Part shown: positions 46,183 to 56,252 of the stretch, in pieces
How the letters are laid out: the number at the start of each line of letters is the position of its first letter
Numbering within the stretch: position 1 is the stretch's first letter
NCBI GenBank assembly: GCA_964532425.1
Contig: CAZHIA010000002.1
Span: forward strand, 77,945 to 141,944
Length of the DNA stretch: 64,000 bases
Direction: 5' to 3'
Source of the DNA: an uncultured Candidatus Saccharibacteria bacterium
GTDB lineage: Bacteria; Patescibacteriota; Doudnabacteria; UBA920
Notes under the pieces: model-generated
Seen by the model: the letters and a program-made list of their open reading frames with translations, nothing else
The model's database searches: none
What the model was told of the DNA's origin: nothing
Translations under genes and position numbers: made by a program

Positions 46183-49100
46183 TTGCCTACAGAGTGGTCC
46201 CTGAGGGTGCACCGGCGAAAGGCAAACCACCACATGTCCACCAGCCAGATACAAATGAAATCCGACCCGAAGACCGGGAGAAAGTTTTTCTCCAGGCTTC
46301 ACGAAGCTTCGCTGCTGCCGAACCTCATTGAGGTGCAGCTGAATTCCTACAAGTGGTTCTTGGAGAAAGGACTCAAAGAACTGCTCGGCGAAGTCAATCC
46401 AATCCGGGATTTTACCGGAAAGAATTTGGAACTATTTTTTGGGGACTATTTTTTTGACAAAGCCAAGTACGACGAGTTCCAGAGCCGCGAGAAGAACACC
46501 ACGTTCGAAGCGCCGCTCTATGTTTCCGCCAAGCTGGTCAACAAAGTGACCGGCAAGACCAAGACCCAGGACGTGTATTTTGGAGATTTCCCGCTCATGA
46601 CTCCCCGCGGCACGTTCATTATCAACGGCGTCGAGCGCGTCGTTGTCAACCAGCTCATTAAGTCTCCCGGCGTATTCTTTACCGCCGAGTTTTTGCGCGG
46701 CAAGAATTTTTACGGAGCCAAAATTATCCCTAATCGCGGCGCCTGGCTGGAACTGGACACTGACATCGCCGGCGTTATTGGCGTAAAGATCGATCGCAAG
46801 CGCAGAATCCCTATAACCGCTTTACTGCGCGTGTTCGGGCTGTCTAGTAATGAGCAGATTCTGGAAGCTTTTAAGGACGTTGATACCGATCCGGACACCA
46901 AATACATTCAAAATACCTTGGAAAAGGACGCCTCCACGAACGTGGACGAGGGCTATAAGGAAGTCTATAAGAGAATTCGCCCGGGCGACCTGGCCACGGT
47001 CGACAATGCCAAATCTTTGATCTCCGGCATGTTCTTCAATTTGGAACGCTATGATCTTTCCCCGGTTGGCCGTTTCAAGTTTAACCAGCGTCTGAATATT
47101 TCCGGCAACGAAAACCCGCTGTTGACCCTCGACGACCTGGTTGCTGTGGTGAAGGAAGTTATTCGCCTGAACAACACCCAGGATCCGGCAGACGATATCG
47201 ACCACTTGGCAAACCGCCGCGTGCGCGCGGTCGGTGAATTGATCCAGACCCGCTTCCGCGTGGGACTCGCCCGTATGGCCAGAATCGCCAAGGACCGCAT
47301 GTCTTTGGCTGACCTGGACACCGTCACTCCGGCCCAACTGATTCACGTCCGCCCGGTCGTGGCCACTATGCAGGAATTCTTCTCCTCGTCACAATTGTCC
47401 CAGTTCATGGACCAAACCAACCCGCTGGCCGAACTCGAGCACAAGCGCCGCTTGTCTGCCATGGGTCCGGGAGGTCTCTCCCGCGAACGCGCCGGTATGG
47501 AAGTCCGCGACGTGCACCGCAGCCACTACGGCCGTCTGTGCCCGATTACCACTCCGGAAGGCCCAAACATCGGTTTGGTCGCCCACTTGGCTACCTATGC
47601 CAAAGTGAATGATTTTGGTTTTATCGAAACTCCCTACCAGCTCGTCAAAAAGACTGCCAAGAATGACGGAAAAGATGCGGTCGGTGAGATTGCCTTATAT
47701 GATATCAAGGGAGAAGATGGCCAAACTATCGTGTCTGCCGGCAGCGAGATTACGGCTGCCCAGGCCAAAGAATTGGCCAAACAGTCGCAACTGCTCGAAG
47801 TTCGCGTCAAGCCGCATGTTACCGACAAGATTGTCCTGCTTGATGCCTACGAAGAAGAAGTGTTGACTATCGGTTTGTCCAGCACTGCCGTAGACGAGAA
47901 AGGGTATTTTATAGAGCAGCGCGCATCTGCCCGCGTTCGCAACGTGCCGTCCATTACTTCGACCGACGAGATTGATGCCCTCGATGTCTCTCCCAAGCAG
48001 ATTATTTCCGTGACCACCTCCCTCATTCCGTTCCTCGAGCATGACGACGCTAACCGCGCTTTGATGGGATCGAACATGCAACGCCAGGCCGTGTCCTGTA
48101 TTAAGCCGGATGCGCCACTGGTTGGCACTGGTATGGAATACAAAGCGGCTCGCGACAGCGGTACCGTCATTTTGGCAGAAGAAGAGGGGACTGTAACCGC
48201 CGTTTCCGGCGACAAGATTGTCGTAGTCGGCGAGAAGGGCAAGAAGAAAGAATACGTGTTGCTGAAATTCTTGCGCACCAACTCCGCGACGGCCATTAAC
48301 CAGATTCCGCGCGTGACCAAAGGTCAGCATGTGAAAAAAGGCGACTTGCTTGCTGATGGCGCCTCCACTGAAAATGGCGAACTGGCCTTGGGTCAAAACG
48401 TGCTTGTGGCTTTCATGTCCTGGGAAGGCGGCAACTACGAAGACGCCGTGCTGGTTTCCGAGCGCGTGGTGCAGCAGGACCGCTACAGCTCCATTCATAT
48501 TGATGATTTTAAAATCGACGTACGCGATACCAAGCTCGGACCTGAGCAGGTTACGCGTGATATTCCCAATGTCGGCGAAGAAAAACTGAAAGACCTCGAC
48601 GAGACCGGCGTGATTCGTATTGGCGCCCAGGTCAAAGCTGGCGATATTCTGGTCGGCAAGATTACTCCAAAAGGCGAGACTGACCTGACCGCTGAGGAAA
48701 AGCTGCTTCGCGTCATCTTTGGTGAGAAATCCCGCGACGTGAAGGATACGTCCCTGACCTTGCCGCACGGCGAGTACGGGAAGGTTGTGAACATCCGCGA
48801 GTTCTCCCGCGAGGCTGGCGATAAGCTGCCCTCCGGCGTGATCCGCAGCATTCAGGTCTCGGTGGCCGTACTCCGCAAGATTCAGGTCGGTGACAAGATG
48901 GCCGGCCGCCATGGAAACAAAGGTGTTATTTCGAAGATTATTCCGGTAGAAGACATGCCGTTCATGGCCGATGGCCGTCCGGTCGATATTGTGTTGAACC
49001 CACTCGGCGTCGTGTCCCGTATGAACCTCGGACAAATTCTGGAAACCCACCTTGGCATGGCCGCCTATATGCACGGCTACCGGGTCGCTACCCCGGTGCT

Positions 49101-49722
49101 GGAAGGGGTCACCGAAGAGCAAATCAAGTCAGAATTGGTCCGTGCCGGCATTCCTCCGGAAGGTAAAGTCCAACTCTATGACGGTAAGACCGGAGAACCG
49201 TTCGACGAAAAGGTGACCGTAGGCGTTATGTACATGTTGAAACTCCACCACTTGGTCGATGACAAGATGCATGCCCGTTCGACTGGTCCGTACTCGCTTA
49301 TTACCCAGCAGCCGCTCGGCGGTAAAGCCCAGTTCGGCGGACAGCGTTTCGGAGAAATGGAAGTCTGGGCATTGGAAGGTTATGGCGCAGCCCACACCCT
49401 GCAGGAAATGTTGACCATCAAGTCTGACGACGTGGTCGGCAGGTCGAAGACCTACGAAGCTATCGTGAAGGGTGAAGCCATCAAGAAGCCGAACGTGCCG
49501 GAATCGTTCCGTGTTTTGGTCAAAGAATTGCAGAGCCTGTGTCTGGACGTCGAGCTTTTAGGCGCTGACGGCAAGATCAGCAGTGCAGCCGAAGAATCGG
49601 AAGTTATTACGCCGGCGGAAGCCCAAGCAGCTGCCGCTCCGGTCGATATGAGCCTGTTCGATGATGAACCGACTGCCAAAGATAAGAAAAAGAAGCGAGA
49701 GAAGGAGAAAAAAGGCAAGTAG
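46183..49722 (+). CDS. rpoB: DNA-directed RNA polymerase subunit beta
   Basis: Conserved rpoB blocks are present throughout (for example 'GRHGNKGVISKI' and 'MHARSTGPYSLITQQP'). The true start is probably an internal Met (46234 or 46258). Confidence 0.95.
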   Translation: MPTEWSLRVHRRKANHHMSTSQIQMKSDPKTGRKFFSRLHEASLLPNLIEVQLNSYKWFLEKGLKELLGEVNPIRDFTGKNLELFFGDYFFDKAKYDEFQSREKNTTFEAPLYVSAKLVNKVTGKTKTQDVYFGDFPLMTPRGTFIINGVERVVVNQLIKSPGVFFTAEFLRGKNFYGAKIIPNRGAWLELDTDIAGVIGVKIDRKRRIPITALLRVFGLSSNEQILEAFKDVDTDPDTKYIQNTLEKDASTNVDEGYKEVYKRIRPGDLATVDNAKSLISGMFFNLERYDLSPVGRFKFNQRLNISGNENPLLTLDDLVAVVKEVIRLNNTQDPADDIDHLANRRVRAVGELIQTRFRVGLARMARIAKDRMSLADLDTVTPAQLIHVRPVVATMQEFFSSSQLSQFMDQTNPLAELEHKRRLSAMGPGGLSRERAGMEVRDVHRSHYGRLCPITTPEGPNIGLVAHLATYAKVNDFGFIETPYQLVKKTAKNDGKDAVGEIALYDIKGEDGQTIVSAGSEITAAQAKELAKQSQLLEVRVKPHVTDKIVLLDAYEEEVLTIGLSSTAVDEKGYFIEQRASARVRNVPSITSTDEIDALDVSPKQIISVTTSLIPFLEHDDANRALMGSNMQRQAVSCIKPDAPLVGTGMEYKAARDSGTVILAEEEGTVTAVSGDKIVVVGEKGKKKEYVLLKFLRTNSATAINQIPRVTKGQHVKKGDLLADGASTENGELALGQNVLVAFMSWEGGNYEDAVLVSERVVQQDRYSSIHIDDFKIDVRDTKLGPEQVTRDIPNVGEEKLKDLDETGVIRIGAQVKAGDILVGKITPKGETDLTAEEKLLRVIFGEKSRDVKDTSLTLPHGEYGKVVNIREFSREAGDKLPSGVIRSIQVSVAVLRKIQVGDKMAGRHGNKGVISKIIPVEDMPFMADGRPVDIVLNPLGVVSRMNLGQILETHLGMAAYMHGYRVATPVLEGVTEEQIKSELVRAGIPPEGKVQLYDGKTGEPFDEKVTVGVMYMLKLHHLVDDKMHARSTGPYSLITQQPLGGKAQFGGQRFGEMEVWALEGYGAAHTLQEMLTIKSDDVVGRSKTYEAIVKGEAIKKPNVPESFRVLVKELQSLCLDVELLGADGKISSAAEESEVITPAEAQAAAAPVDMSLFDDEPTAKDKKKKREKEKKGK

Positions 49723-49739
49723 TACCGTATAAAAAAAGC

Positions 49740-49768
49740 GCCTTGGTCTGCCGAAGGCAGACCAAGGC
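49740..49768. terminator. Bidirectional terminator between rpoB and rpoC (GCCTTGGTCTGCC GAAG GCAGACCAAGGC)
   Basis: Perfect 13-bp stem flanked by an A-run and a following 'aaagg'. Confidence 0.75.
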
Positions 49769-49774
49769 AAAGGA

Positions 49775-49960
49775 TTACGGTTGGGCGAGCAGCTGTTGGA
49801 TGCTTGTACACTGTTCGCACTCGTACAGTATCCCTATCCTGGCGAAAGAGCCGATCTGATCCAGTAGTTGCGGAACTCCGGCAAGGGCCTGCTTCTCCTC
49901 TGGTGCGAGCGCCTCTCCCCGCTGAACTTTCTCAACTGCAGCCATTATCCGTTTATACAT
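49775..49960 (-). CDS. Small hypothetical protein antisense-oriented between rpoB and rpoC
   Basis: 61 aa. Strong RBS on the minus strand (CAAGGAGGAAATTGCA ATG). It ends at the shared terminator. Confidence 0.4.
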   Translation of the reverse strand: MYKRIMAAVEKVQRGEALAPEEKQALAGVPQLLDQIGSFARIGILYECEQCTSIQQLLAQP

Positions 49961-50053
49961 TGCAATTTCCTCCTTGTGTTTTGTGGAAATCTGAACATTG
50001 TAATAGAGAGTGCATCTTTGGTCAAGTCTTATAATATTTAACGTTTCATCGAC

Positions 50054-53000
50054 ATGTTAACCCAAACTGAAGAATTTAAGGGAGTTCGACTCAAGCTCGC
50101 CTCGCCGGAAACCATTTTAAACTGGTCCCACGGCGAAGTGACCAAGCCGGAAACCATCAACTACCGCACGCAGCGTCCGGAAAAGGACGGTCTGTTCGAC
50201 GAAAAGATCTTCGGTCCCATTAAGGACTGGGAGTGTTATTGCGGGAAGTACAAGCGCATCCGCTACAAGGGGATCGTCTGCGACAAATGCGGGGTAGAAG
50301 TGACCAAGGCCAGCGTGCGCCGCGAGCGCATGGGGCACATCAAGCTCTCCGTACCCGTGGCCCACATCTGGTTTCTCCGCGGTGTTCCGTCCCGCTTAGG
50401 TTTGATTTTGGACCTCGGCGTACAGGAGCTTGAGAAAGTTGTCTATTTTGCTTCCTATATCATTACGAACGTCGACGAAGAATCCCGCCAGAATACTCTG
50501 GAACAGATCGAGCGCGAGTTCAAGGCCAAGAAGAAAGAGATTGAAGACAAGTACGAGACCATGATCGGCAAAGCCCGGTCCGGCGTGAACGCCAAGGGTA
50601 AGGACGAAGACGTTGTGCAGGCCGAGATTGATGCGGAAATTACCCGCCTCAAGGATATTTGGGCCAAAGAGCTCGAAGGCCTCGAAAACATTCGCGACCA
50701 AGCCCGGTCCGAACTGAAGTCCATCAAGCGCCACCAGATCATTTCTGAGCTGCAGTACCGCGATTTGTCACTTAAGTACGGTCCGGTCTTTACGGCCGGC
50801 ATTGGCGCAGAAGCCTTAAAAGGCATATTAGAAGAGATCAACCTTGAGCAGTTGGCCCAGGATTTGCAGCAGCAGCTGCCGGAACTGGAAGGCCAGGCGC
50901 AGCGCAAGGTCTTGAAGCGCTTAAAGCTCGTTAAATCCCTCATCCTGTCCGGCCTGCGTCCGGAGTGGATGCTTGTCACCGTGCTGCCTGTTATCCCTCC
51001 GGATCTGCGGCCTATGGTGCAGTTGGATGGTGGCCGGTTTGCCGCGTCCGATTTGAATGACTTGTATCGCCGCGTTATCAACCGCAATAACCGTTTGAAG
51101 AAGCTGCTCGAAATCAAGGCGCCGGAAGTCATTACCAGAAACGAAAAGCGTATGCTTCAGGAAGCGGTGGACGCCCTCATTGATAACTCCATCCGCCATG
51201 GCAAGGAAGTTACGGCCTCGACCGGTCAGAAGAGAAAGCTCCGCTCTCTTGCGGACATGCTCAAGGGCAAACAGGGTCGTTTCCGCCAGAACTTGCTCGG
51301 GAAGCGCGTGGACTACTCCGGCCGCAGCGTTATTGTTGTCGGTCCGCATTTGAAGCTTCATCAGTGCGGTCTGCCGAAGATGATGGCTCTCGAACTGTTC
51401 AAGCCGTTCGTTATTTCCAAACTCATATTGCGCGAGTACGCCCATAACGTGCGCAGCGCGAACCGCCTCATTGAACAGCAGCGCACCGAGGTCTACGATA
51501 TTCTGGAAGAAGTGACCAAGGACCACTATGTCCTCTTAAACCGCGCTCCAACCCTGCACCGCCTGGGTTTCCAGGCTTTCCAGCCGGTACTCATTGAAGG
51601 CAAGGCTATTCAGCTGCACCCCATGGTGTGTGCCGCCTTTAACGCTGACTTTGACGGGGACCAGATGGCCGTGCACGTGCCGCTGACCGAAGCTGCCCAG
51701 AAAGAAGCGCGCGAGATCATGGTCTCCGCCCATAACCTTCTGAAGCCTGCTTCCGGCGATCCGGTCATGACTCCGGACAAGGACGTAGTCGTCGGTTGTT
51801 ACTACATTACCCGCATGCGAGACGATGTCAAAGGTACGGGCAAGGCCTTTACCGACACCCAGGAAGCTGTCCTGGCTTATAACAACGGGCATGTCCACGT
51901 CCAAGCCAAGATTAAGGTTCGTCTTGATTCCGGTGAACTGGTGGAAACTTCCGTTGGCCGCCTTATTTTCAACCGCGTCGTGCCGAAGGAGCTCGGGTTC
52001 CGGAACGATAATTTCAACAAGAAAAAACTGCAAGCTCTGGTCCGCGAGGCTCATCGTATGTTCGGTAATGACCGCACGGCCGAACTGATTGACGAGATCA
52101 AGCGCGTCGGTTTTACCTACATGAAGAAATCCGGCTTGTCTTGGGGCATGGACGATCTGATTGTTCCTCAGACCAAGTATGATTTACTCAAGGAAGCCGA
52201 TCGCGCCGTGGAAGAAACCTACCAGCAGTATCGCGAAGGGTTACTCACCGAAGACGAACGCTACAACCGTGTTGTCGAAATTTGGGCCGAAGTTTCCGAA
52301 AAGATTGCCAAGGACGTTACCACGGTGGTTCCGGAGAATGGTCCGGTCAACTACTTTGTGTCGAGCGGTGCCAGAGGCTCATTCTCCCAGATTACCCAGA
52401 TGTCGGGTATGAAAGGGATGGTGGTCAACCCGTCCGGTTCCGTTATTGAATTGCCGGTAAAAGGTAGCTTTAAGGAAGGTTTGGCCGTTTTGGAATATTT
52501 CATTTCTACCCACGGATCCAGAAAAGGTATGTCCGACACCGCTTTGAGAACGGCTGACGCTGGGTATCTCACCCGCCGCTTGGTTGACGTTGCTCAGGAT
52601 ATTGTCGTAAATGCCGAAGATTGCGGTACGGAAGATTACGATGTGATTACTTTGGCTGATAGCCAGCGCATGAATAAGACACTGGAACAGCGCTTGTTCG
52701 GCCGCGTAGCAGCGGAGAATATCAAGGATGGTTCCGGCGAGGTTATTGTCGAAAAGAATCACGGTATCGATGAGGATATGGCCAAGCGCATTGTGGCCGC
52801 AGGGCACACCGAAGTTAAGTGCCGCTCGGTGCTGAAATGCAAATTGACTCGCGGTATCTGCCGCCTCTGCTACGGGTATGACCTCGGTTTTAACCGCATG
52901 GTCGAGCTCGGCGCAGCTGTCGGGATCGTGGCTGCCCAAGCCATTGGAGAACCGGGCACCCAGCTGACCATGCGTACCTTCCACACTGGAGGTTCCGCAT

Positions 53001-53947
53001 CCGTGAAAGATATTACCCAAGGTCTGCCTCGCGTGGAAGAGCTATTTGAAGCCCGCGAACCAAAAGGACAGGCCGTAGTCAGCGAAGTTGACGGACAGGT
53101 CTATATTAGCAAGCCTAATAATAAGGAGTTTGTTGTGCGCATCCAAGGCGCAGACGTGGCCAAGGATGCCTATGCACTCGGGCAGGCCCATTCCGCCATT
53201 AAAGACGGCAGCCATGTATCGAGCGGTGAAACCCTGTACATCGATGAGTCGGGCAAGAGCGTGAAGGCTGATAATCCGGGTATTGTCCGCGTGGAAAAGG
53301 ATTCTATTGTTGTCATTCACGAGAGTGAAAATTTGAAGGAATATGTAGTACCTGCTTCGTTCTCCCTGCTCGTCAAGGACGGGGACCTGGTGACTAAAGG
53401 CCAGCAATTGACCGAAGGTAACCTGAATCCCGCCCAAATTATGGATCTGCTTGGTACGGAATCCTCCCAGAAGTATATTGTCCGAGGCGTCCAGGATATT
53501 TACGTATCCCAAGGACAACCTATTCATGACAAGCATATTGAGGTGATTGTCCGCCAGATGTTCTCAAAGATGCGCATTCTGGATTCCGGCGACAGCGAGT
53601 TTGTCCCGGGTGAGATTGCCGACCGTTCCAAGTTCAACTATATCAATGAACAGCTTGTGGCCCAGGGGAAGACCGCTGCCCGCGCCGAACAGCTACTCAT
53701 GGGTATTACCAAAGTCTCTTTGAATACCGAAAGCTTCCTAGCTGCGGCATCCTTCCAGGAAACCACCCGCGTGCTCATTGAGGCTGCAGTGACCGGCAAG
53801 ACCGATTACCTGAGAGGCCTGAAGGAAAATGTCATTATCGGCAAGCTTATTCCGGCCGGTACCGGCTTCTCCAGCCATGGCGCACAGGAAAACCTCCAGC
53901 CGGAAGAAGTGACTGCGGCTACCGCCGTGATCTCAGAGGCTGAGTAA
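50054..53947 (+). CDS. rpoC: DNA-directed RNA polymerase subunit beta'
   Basis: Zn-finger 'CYCGKYKRIRYKGIVCDKCG', 'NADFDGDQM' at the catalytic site, and the conserved C-terminal blocks. Confidence 0.95.
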   Translation: MLTQTEEFKGVRLKLASPETILNWSHGEVTKPETINYRTQRPEKDGLFDEKIFGPIKDWECYCGKYKRIRYKGIVCDKCGVEVTKASVRRERMGHIKLSVPVAHIWFLRGVPSRLGLILDLGVQELEKVVYFASYIITNVDEESRQNTLEQIEREFKAKKKEIEDKYETMIGKARSGVNAKGKDEDVVQAEIDAEITRLKDIWAKELEGLENIRDQARSELKSIKRHQIISELQYRDLSLKYGPVFTAGIGAEALKGILEEINLEQLAQDLQQQLPELEGQAQRKVLKRLKLVKSLILSGLRPEWMLVTVLPVIPPDLRPMVQLDGGRFAASDLNDLYRRVINRNNRLKKLLEIKAPEVITRNEKRMLQEAVDALIDNSIRHGKEVTASTGQKRKLRSLADMLKGKQGRFRQNLLGKRVDYSGRSVIVVGPHLKLHQCGLPKMMALELFKPFVISKLILREYAHNVRSANRLIEQQRTEVYDILEEVTKDHYVLLNRAPTLHRLGFQAFQPVLIEGKAIQLHPMVCAAFNADFDGDQMAVHVPLTEAAQKEAREIMVSAHNLLKPASGDPVMTPDKDVVVGCYYITRMRDDVKGTGKAFTDTQEAVLAYNNGHVHVQAKIKVRLDSGELVETSVGRLIFNRVVPKELGFRNDNFNKKKLQALVREAHRMFGNDRTAELIDEIKRVGFTYMKKSGLSWGMDDLIVPQTKYDLLKEADRAVEETYQQYREGLLTEDERYNRVVEIWAEVSEKIAKDVTTVVPENGPVNYFVSSGARGSFSQITQMSGMKGMVVNPSGSVIELPVKGSFKEGLAVLEYFISTHGSRKGMSDTALRTADAGYLTRRLVDVAQDIVVNAEDCGTEDYDVITLADSQRMNKTLEQRLFGRVAAENIKDGSGEVIVEKNHGIDEDMAKRIVAAGHTEVKCRSVLKCKLTRGICRLCYGYDLGFNRMVELGAAVGIVAAQAIGEPGTQLTMRTFHTGGSASVKDITQGLPRVEELFEAREPKGQAVVSEVDGQVYISKPNNKEFVVRIQGADVAKDAYALGQAHSAIKDGSHVSSGETLYIDESGKSVKADNPGIVRVEKDSIVVIHESENLKEYVVPASFSLLVKDGDLVTKGQQLTEGNLNPAQIMDLLGTESSQKYIVRGVQDIYVSQGQPIHDKHIEVIVRQMFSKMRILDSGDSEFVPGEIADRSKFNYINEQLVAQGKTAARAEQLLMGITKVSLNTESFLAAASFQETTRVLIEAAVTGKTDYLRGLKENVIIGKLIPAGTGFSSHGAQENLQPEEVTAATAVISEAE

Positions 53948-54059
53948 GACACTGATAAACACAAGAAACGCCGCCCCTTCGGGCGGCGTTTTAAATATGA
54001 TTAGATGGAAATCTCTCAAGTTTTCCCGAAAGATTTTCATCAAGAGGCTATTGTGAGGA

Positions 54060-54140
54060 GGGTGAGTGAGGATGGGGGAAGATGTCAATAGGATTTATAG
54101 GACGAATAGGTTTGATAGGACATATGGGACTTAATAGGAT
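54060..54140. repeat. Phased ATAGGA-word repeat (period ~9-10 bp), copy 1
   Basis: 'aataggatttataggacgaataggtttgataggacatatgggacttaataggatg'. A homologous block lies at 56005-56100. Confidence 0.6.
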
Positions 54141-54194
54141 GCATTGGCTGATAACCAGTCCATCAATGAGGCTGGTCGCCAAAGAGGCGAGTAT

Positions 54195-54232
54195 AAAAAA
54201 CAGTCCGACTTCTAAATCGGAGTGTTTTTTAT
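54195..54232. terminator. Bidirectional terminator downstream of paralog A (CAGTCCGA...TCGGAGTG with flanking A/T runs)
   Basis: Stem with a T-run on both strands. The homologous terminator is at 56125-56160. Confidence 0.65.
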
Positions 54233-54332
54233 ATCAGTGTTAATCAGTTAACCAACATCAGTGTTTATCTGCGTTACTGCCCGCTGCTGTGTATGTATTT
54301 TTATTACTAATTACTGTTTACTATTCACTATT

Positions 54333-55661
54333 TTAGTATATTGCCGTGGCGATGTACGTGATGAGGTTCTGATACGTGCCTTGCGGTTGGGTGGCACCGA
54401 CCCTGACGCGGTAGGCGACATAGCCTTCGTCCCCGCTGGCCGGGGCATTGTTGGACATAATAGTGACCGAGCTGGAACTATTGAAGCCGGCGGAGTTAAA
54501 GGTTCTTCCCGAATCGTTGTAGTTGAAGGTCATGGTTGGGCTACCGGCCTTGGTCTGGAGGGCGTAGCCGAACCCGTTAGCGGCATTATTGTCCGCAGCT
54601 GTCACGTTGTAGTCGGAAATGACCGTGCCATTGGTCTTGCGCAGGGAGCCGTCGGACTGGGCCGTAACGATGTATCCGCTGTTGGAGTTGGTATCGATAT
54701 GGATGAACTGGGCAGCCGTACGGTTGGTGGATACGGTCAGTGTGCCCAAGGGAACCGTGGTGGCCGTGGTGGTCACATCCATGCTGGTACCGGCTACAGT
54801 CGTGCCGGAGTTAACCGGATTGATGGTGAATGTCAGGGTTGGGACGACCGTAGCCGTAGCGGAAACCGATTCAATGACACCAACCCTGCCGGTGGTGGTA
54901 TCGACTATGTTGCTGCTGCCGTCCTGCTCATCAACCTGGACCGCATAGGTGTCAGCCGTGCCTTGGACCGCGGTTTTGGTGGGGTTTAAAAGCTTGTTGG
55001 TGTTACCGATCGTGATGGTAATGGCAGTGGCGGCGGCAATAGTTCCGGTGAAAGGTACCGTAATAACCACGTTGGAGGCCGGGGAGGAGGTGGTAATGGT
55101 GCCAGCCGTACCGCCAGTGAGGGAGATGTCGCCCGCGGTAATGCCGTTAAAATCGAAGCCGCTTGCTCCAGGGATGCTATTATTGGCGCCAGTGCCGTCT
55201 CCGGGCATAGTAATGACAAATTTGCCTGCCGTGACCGCCGACCGGGTAGTGAATGTAATGGTATGTTTTGAAGTCATTTTCAGGTACAAATAACTAGTAC
55301 CTGAGGTGTAGGTCCCGGTCAAGCCGGTGGTCAGGTTTAGCTGGGTTACGCTGGGAATTGAAGCGATTACCCGGTTTTCAGAAGACGTACAGGTATTAGT
55401 GGTACACAGGGTTATGGTGTCGCCTTGGGCAAGGCCGAGCGTACTGCCAACCGTAATGGTCGTATCATTCGGGTTGCCATTGCCGCCAAAAGCCGTGGCT
55501 ACGCTTGGTCGGGAAGTAGACAGGGTGTCCTTGACGCTCGTGAGAGCGCCGACGGCATTCAGATTGAAAGGGTAGAGCAAGGCGGGTAAAATGAGCGCAA
55601 ACAGCAAAAATAGTATGCGCTTCGGCGCTGTTTTATTATGTAAGCGAACCAAAAAGTTCAT
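54333..55661 (-). CDS. Secreted Thr/Ser/Gly-rich β-rich surface protein, paralog A
   Basis: 442 aa. An N-terminal hydrophobic anchor or signal is followed by the conserved 'GALTSVKDTLSTSRPSV' motif. A conserved C-terminal strand reads 'YRVRVGATQPQGTYQNLITYIATAIY'. Confidence 0.8.
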   Translation of the reverse strand: MNFLVRLHNKTAPKRILFLLFALILPALLYPFNLNAVGALTSVKDTLSTSRPSVATAFGGNGNPNDTTITVGSTLGLAQGDTITLCTTNTCTSSENRVIASIPSVTQLNLTTGLTGTYTSGTSYLYLKMTSKHTITFTTRSAVTAGKFVITMPGDGTGANNSIPGASGFDFNGITAGDISLTGGTAGTITTSSPASNVVITVPFTGTIAAATAITITIGNTNKLLNPTKTAVQGTADTYAVQVDEQDGSSNIVDTTTGRVGVIESVSATATVVPTLTFTINPVNSGTTVAGTSMDVTTTATTVPLGTLTVSTNRTAAQFIHIDTNSNSGYIVTAQSDGSLRKTNGTVISDYNVTAADNNAANGFGYALQTKAGSPTMTFNYNDSGRTFNSAGFNSSSSVTIMSNNAPASGDEGYVAYRVRVGATQPQGTYQNLITYIATAIY

Positions 55662-56004
55662 ACAGGAAAATTTTATTTCGGAAGATTTTTGATGAAATTA
55701 TTATAGCACAAATAAAAGGAATATGGCAAAGAGTTGATATTTCCTCGGGCAGGCAGGTCAGCTTGCCAATGCAGGAGGCAACTGTAGGGTAGGGAAGGAT
55801 AACATCCGGCCGTTCTGAGCGTATTAACGTATCAAAGCGGGAGCGGGCCGCTATCGCACGCCCCTACGAGGAACAGTTACAGTGTAGGGGCAGCCGACCC
55901 TGCCTACCGGCAGGCAGGAGGCATCCGCCATTCACGAAAGCTCCGAAAGATTCCTGTTAAGGCGGTTGGTCGAGCGAGTCTGGGGAAGGTGGAAATCAGA
56001 TTCA

Positions 56005-56100
56005 TAAGATGAATAGGACATATGGAACGATTAGGACTGATAGGGCAAATAGGATGAATGGGTTGGATAGGATTGATAGGATAAATAGGTTAGTTGATAA
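56005..56100. repeat. Phased ATAGGA-word repeat, copy 2
   Basis: Homologous to 54060-54140 and part of the tandem-duplication unit. Confidence 0.6.
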
Positions 56101-56252
56101 GGCTGTGTGCCAAGGAGGCGGGTACAAAAACACTCCGATCGCTAAATCGGAGTGTTTTTATATCAGTGTTAATCAGTCCCAACATCAGTGTTTATCCGCG
56201 TTACTACCCACTGCTGTGTATGTATTCTATTTACTGTTTACTATTCACTATT

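Noticed and set aside
47695-49122. 475-aa ORF on the minus strand inside rpoB (and 157/118-aa neighbours)
   Set aside because: It is antisense to a highly conserved rpoB reading frame. It is an artefact of codon bias and has no RBS.
50396-53536. Several 100-225-aa minus-strand ORFs inside rpoC
   Set aside because: They are antisense to rpoC, as for the rpoB case.
54261-54989. 242-aa plus-strand ORF (and 54619-55293, 56533-57195, 58134-58739 ORFs) overlapping the surface-protein paralogs
   Set aside because: Mirror-strand ORFs are expected in Thr/Gly/Val-rich genes where GGN/ACN/GTN codons dominate. The minus-strand frames carry the signal peptides, conserved motifs and terminators.
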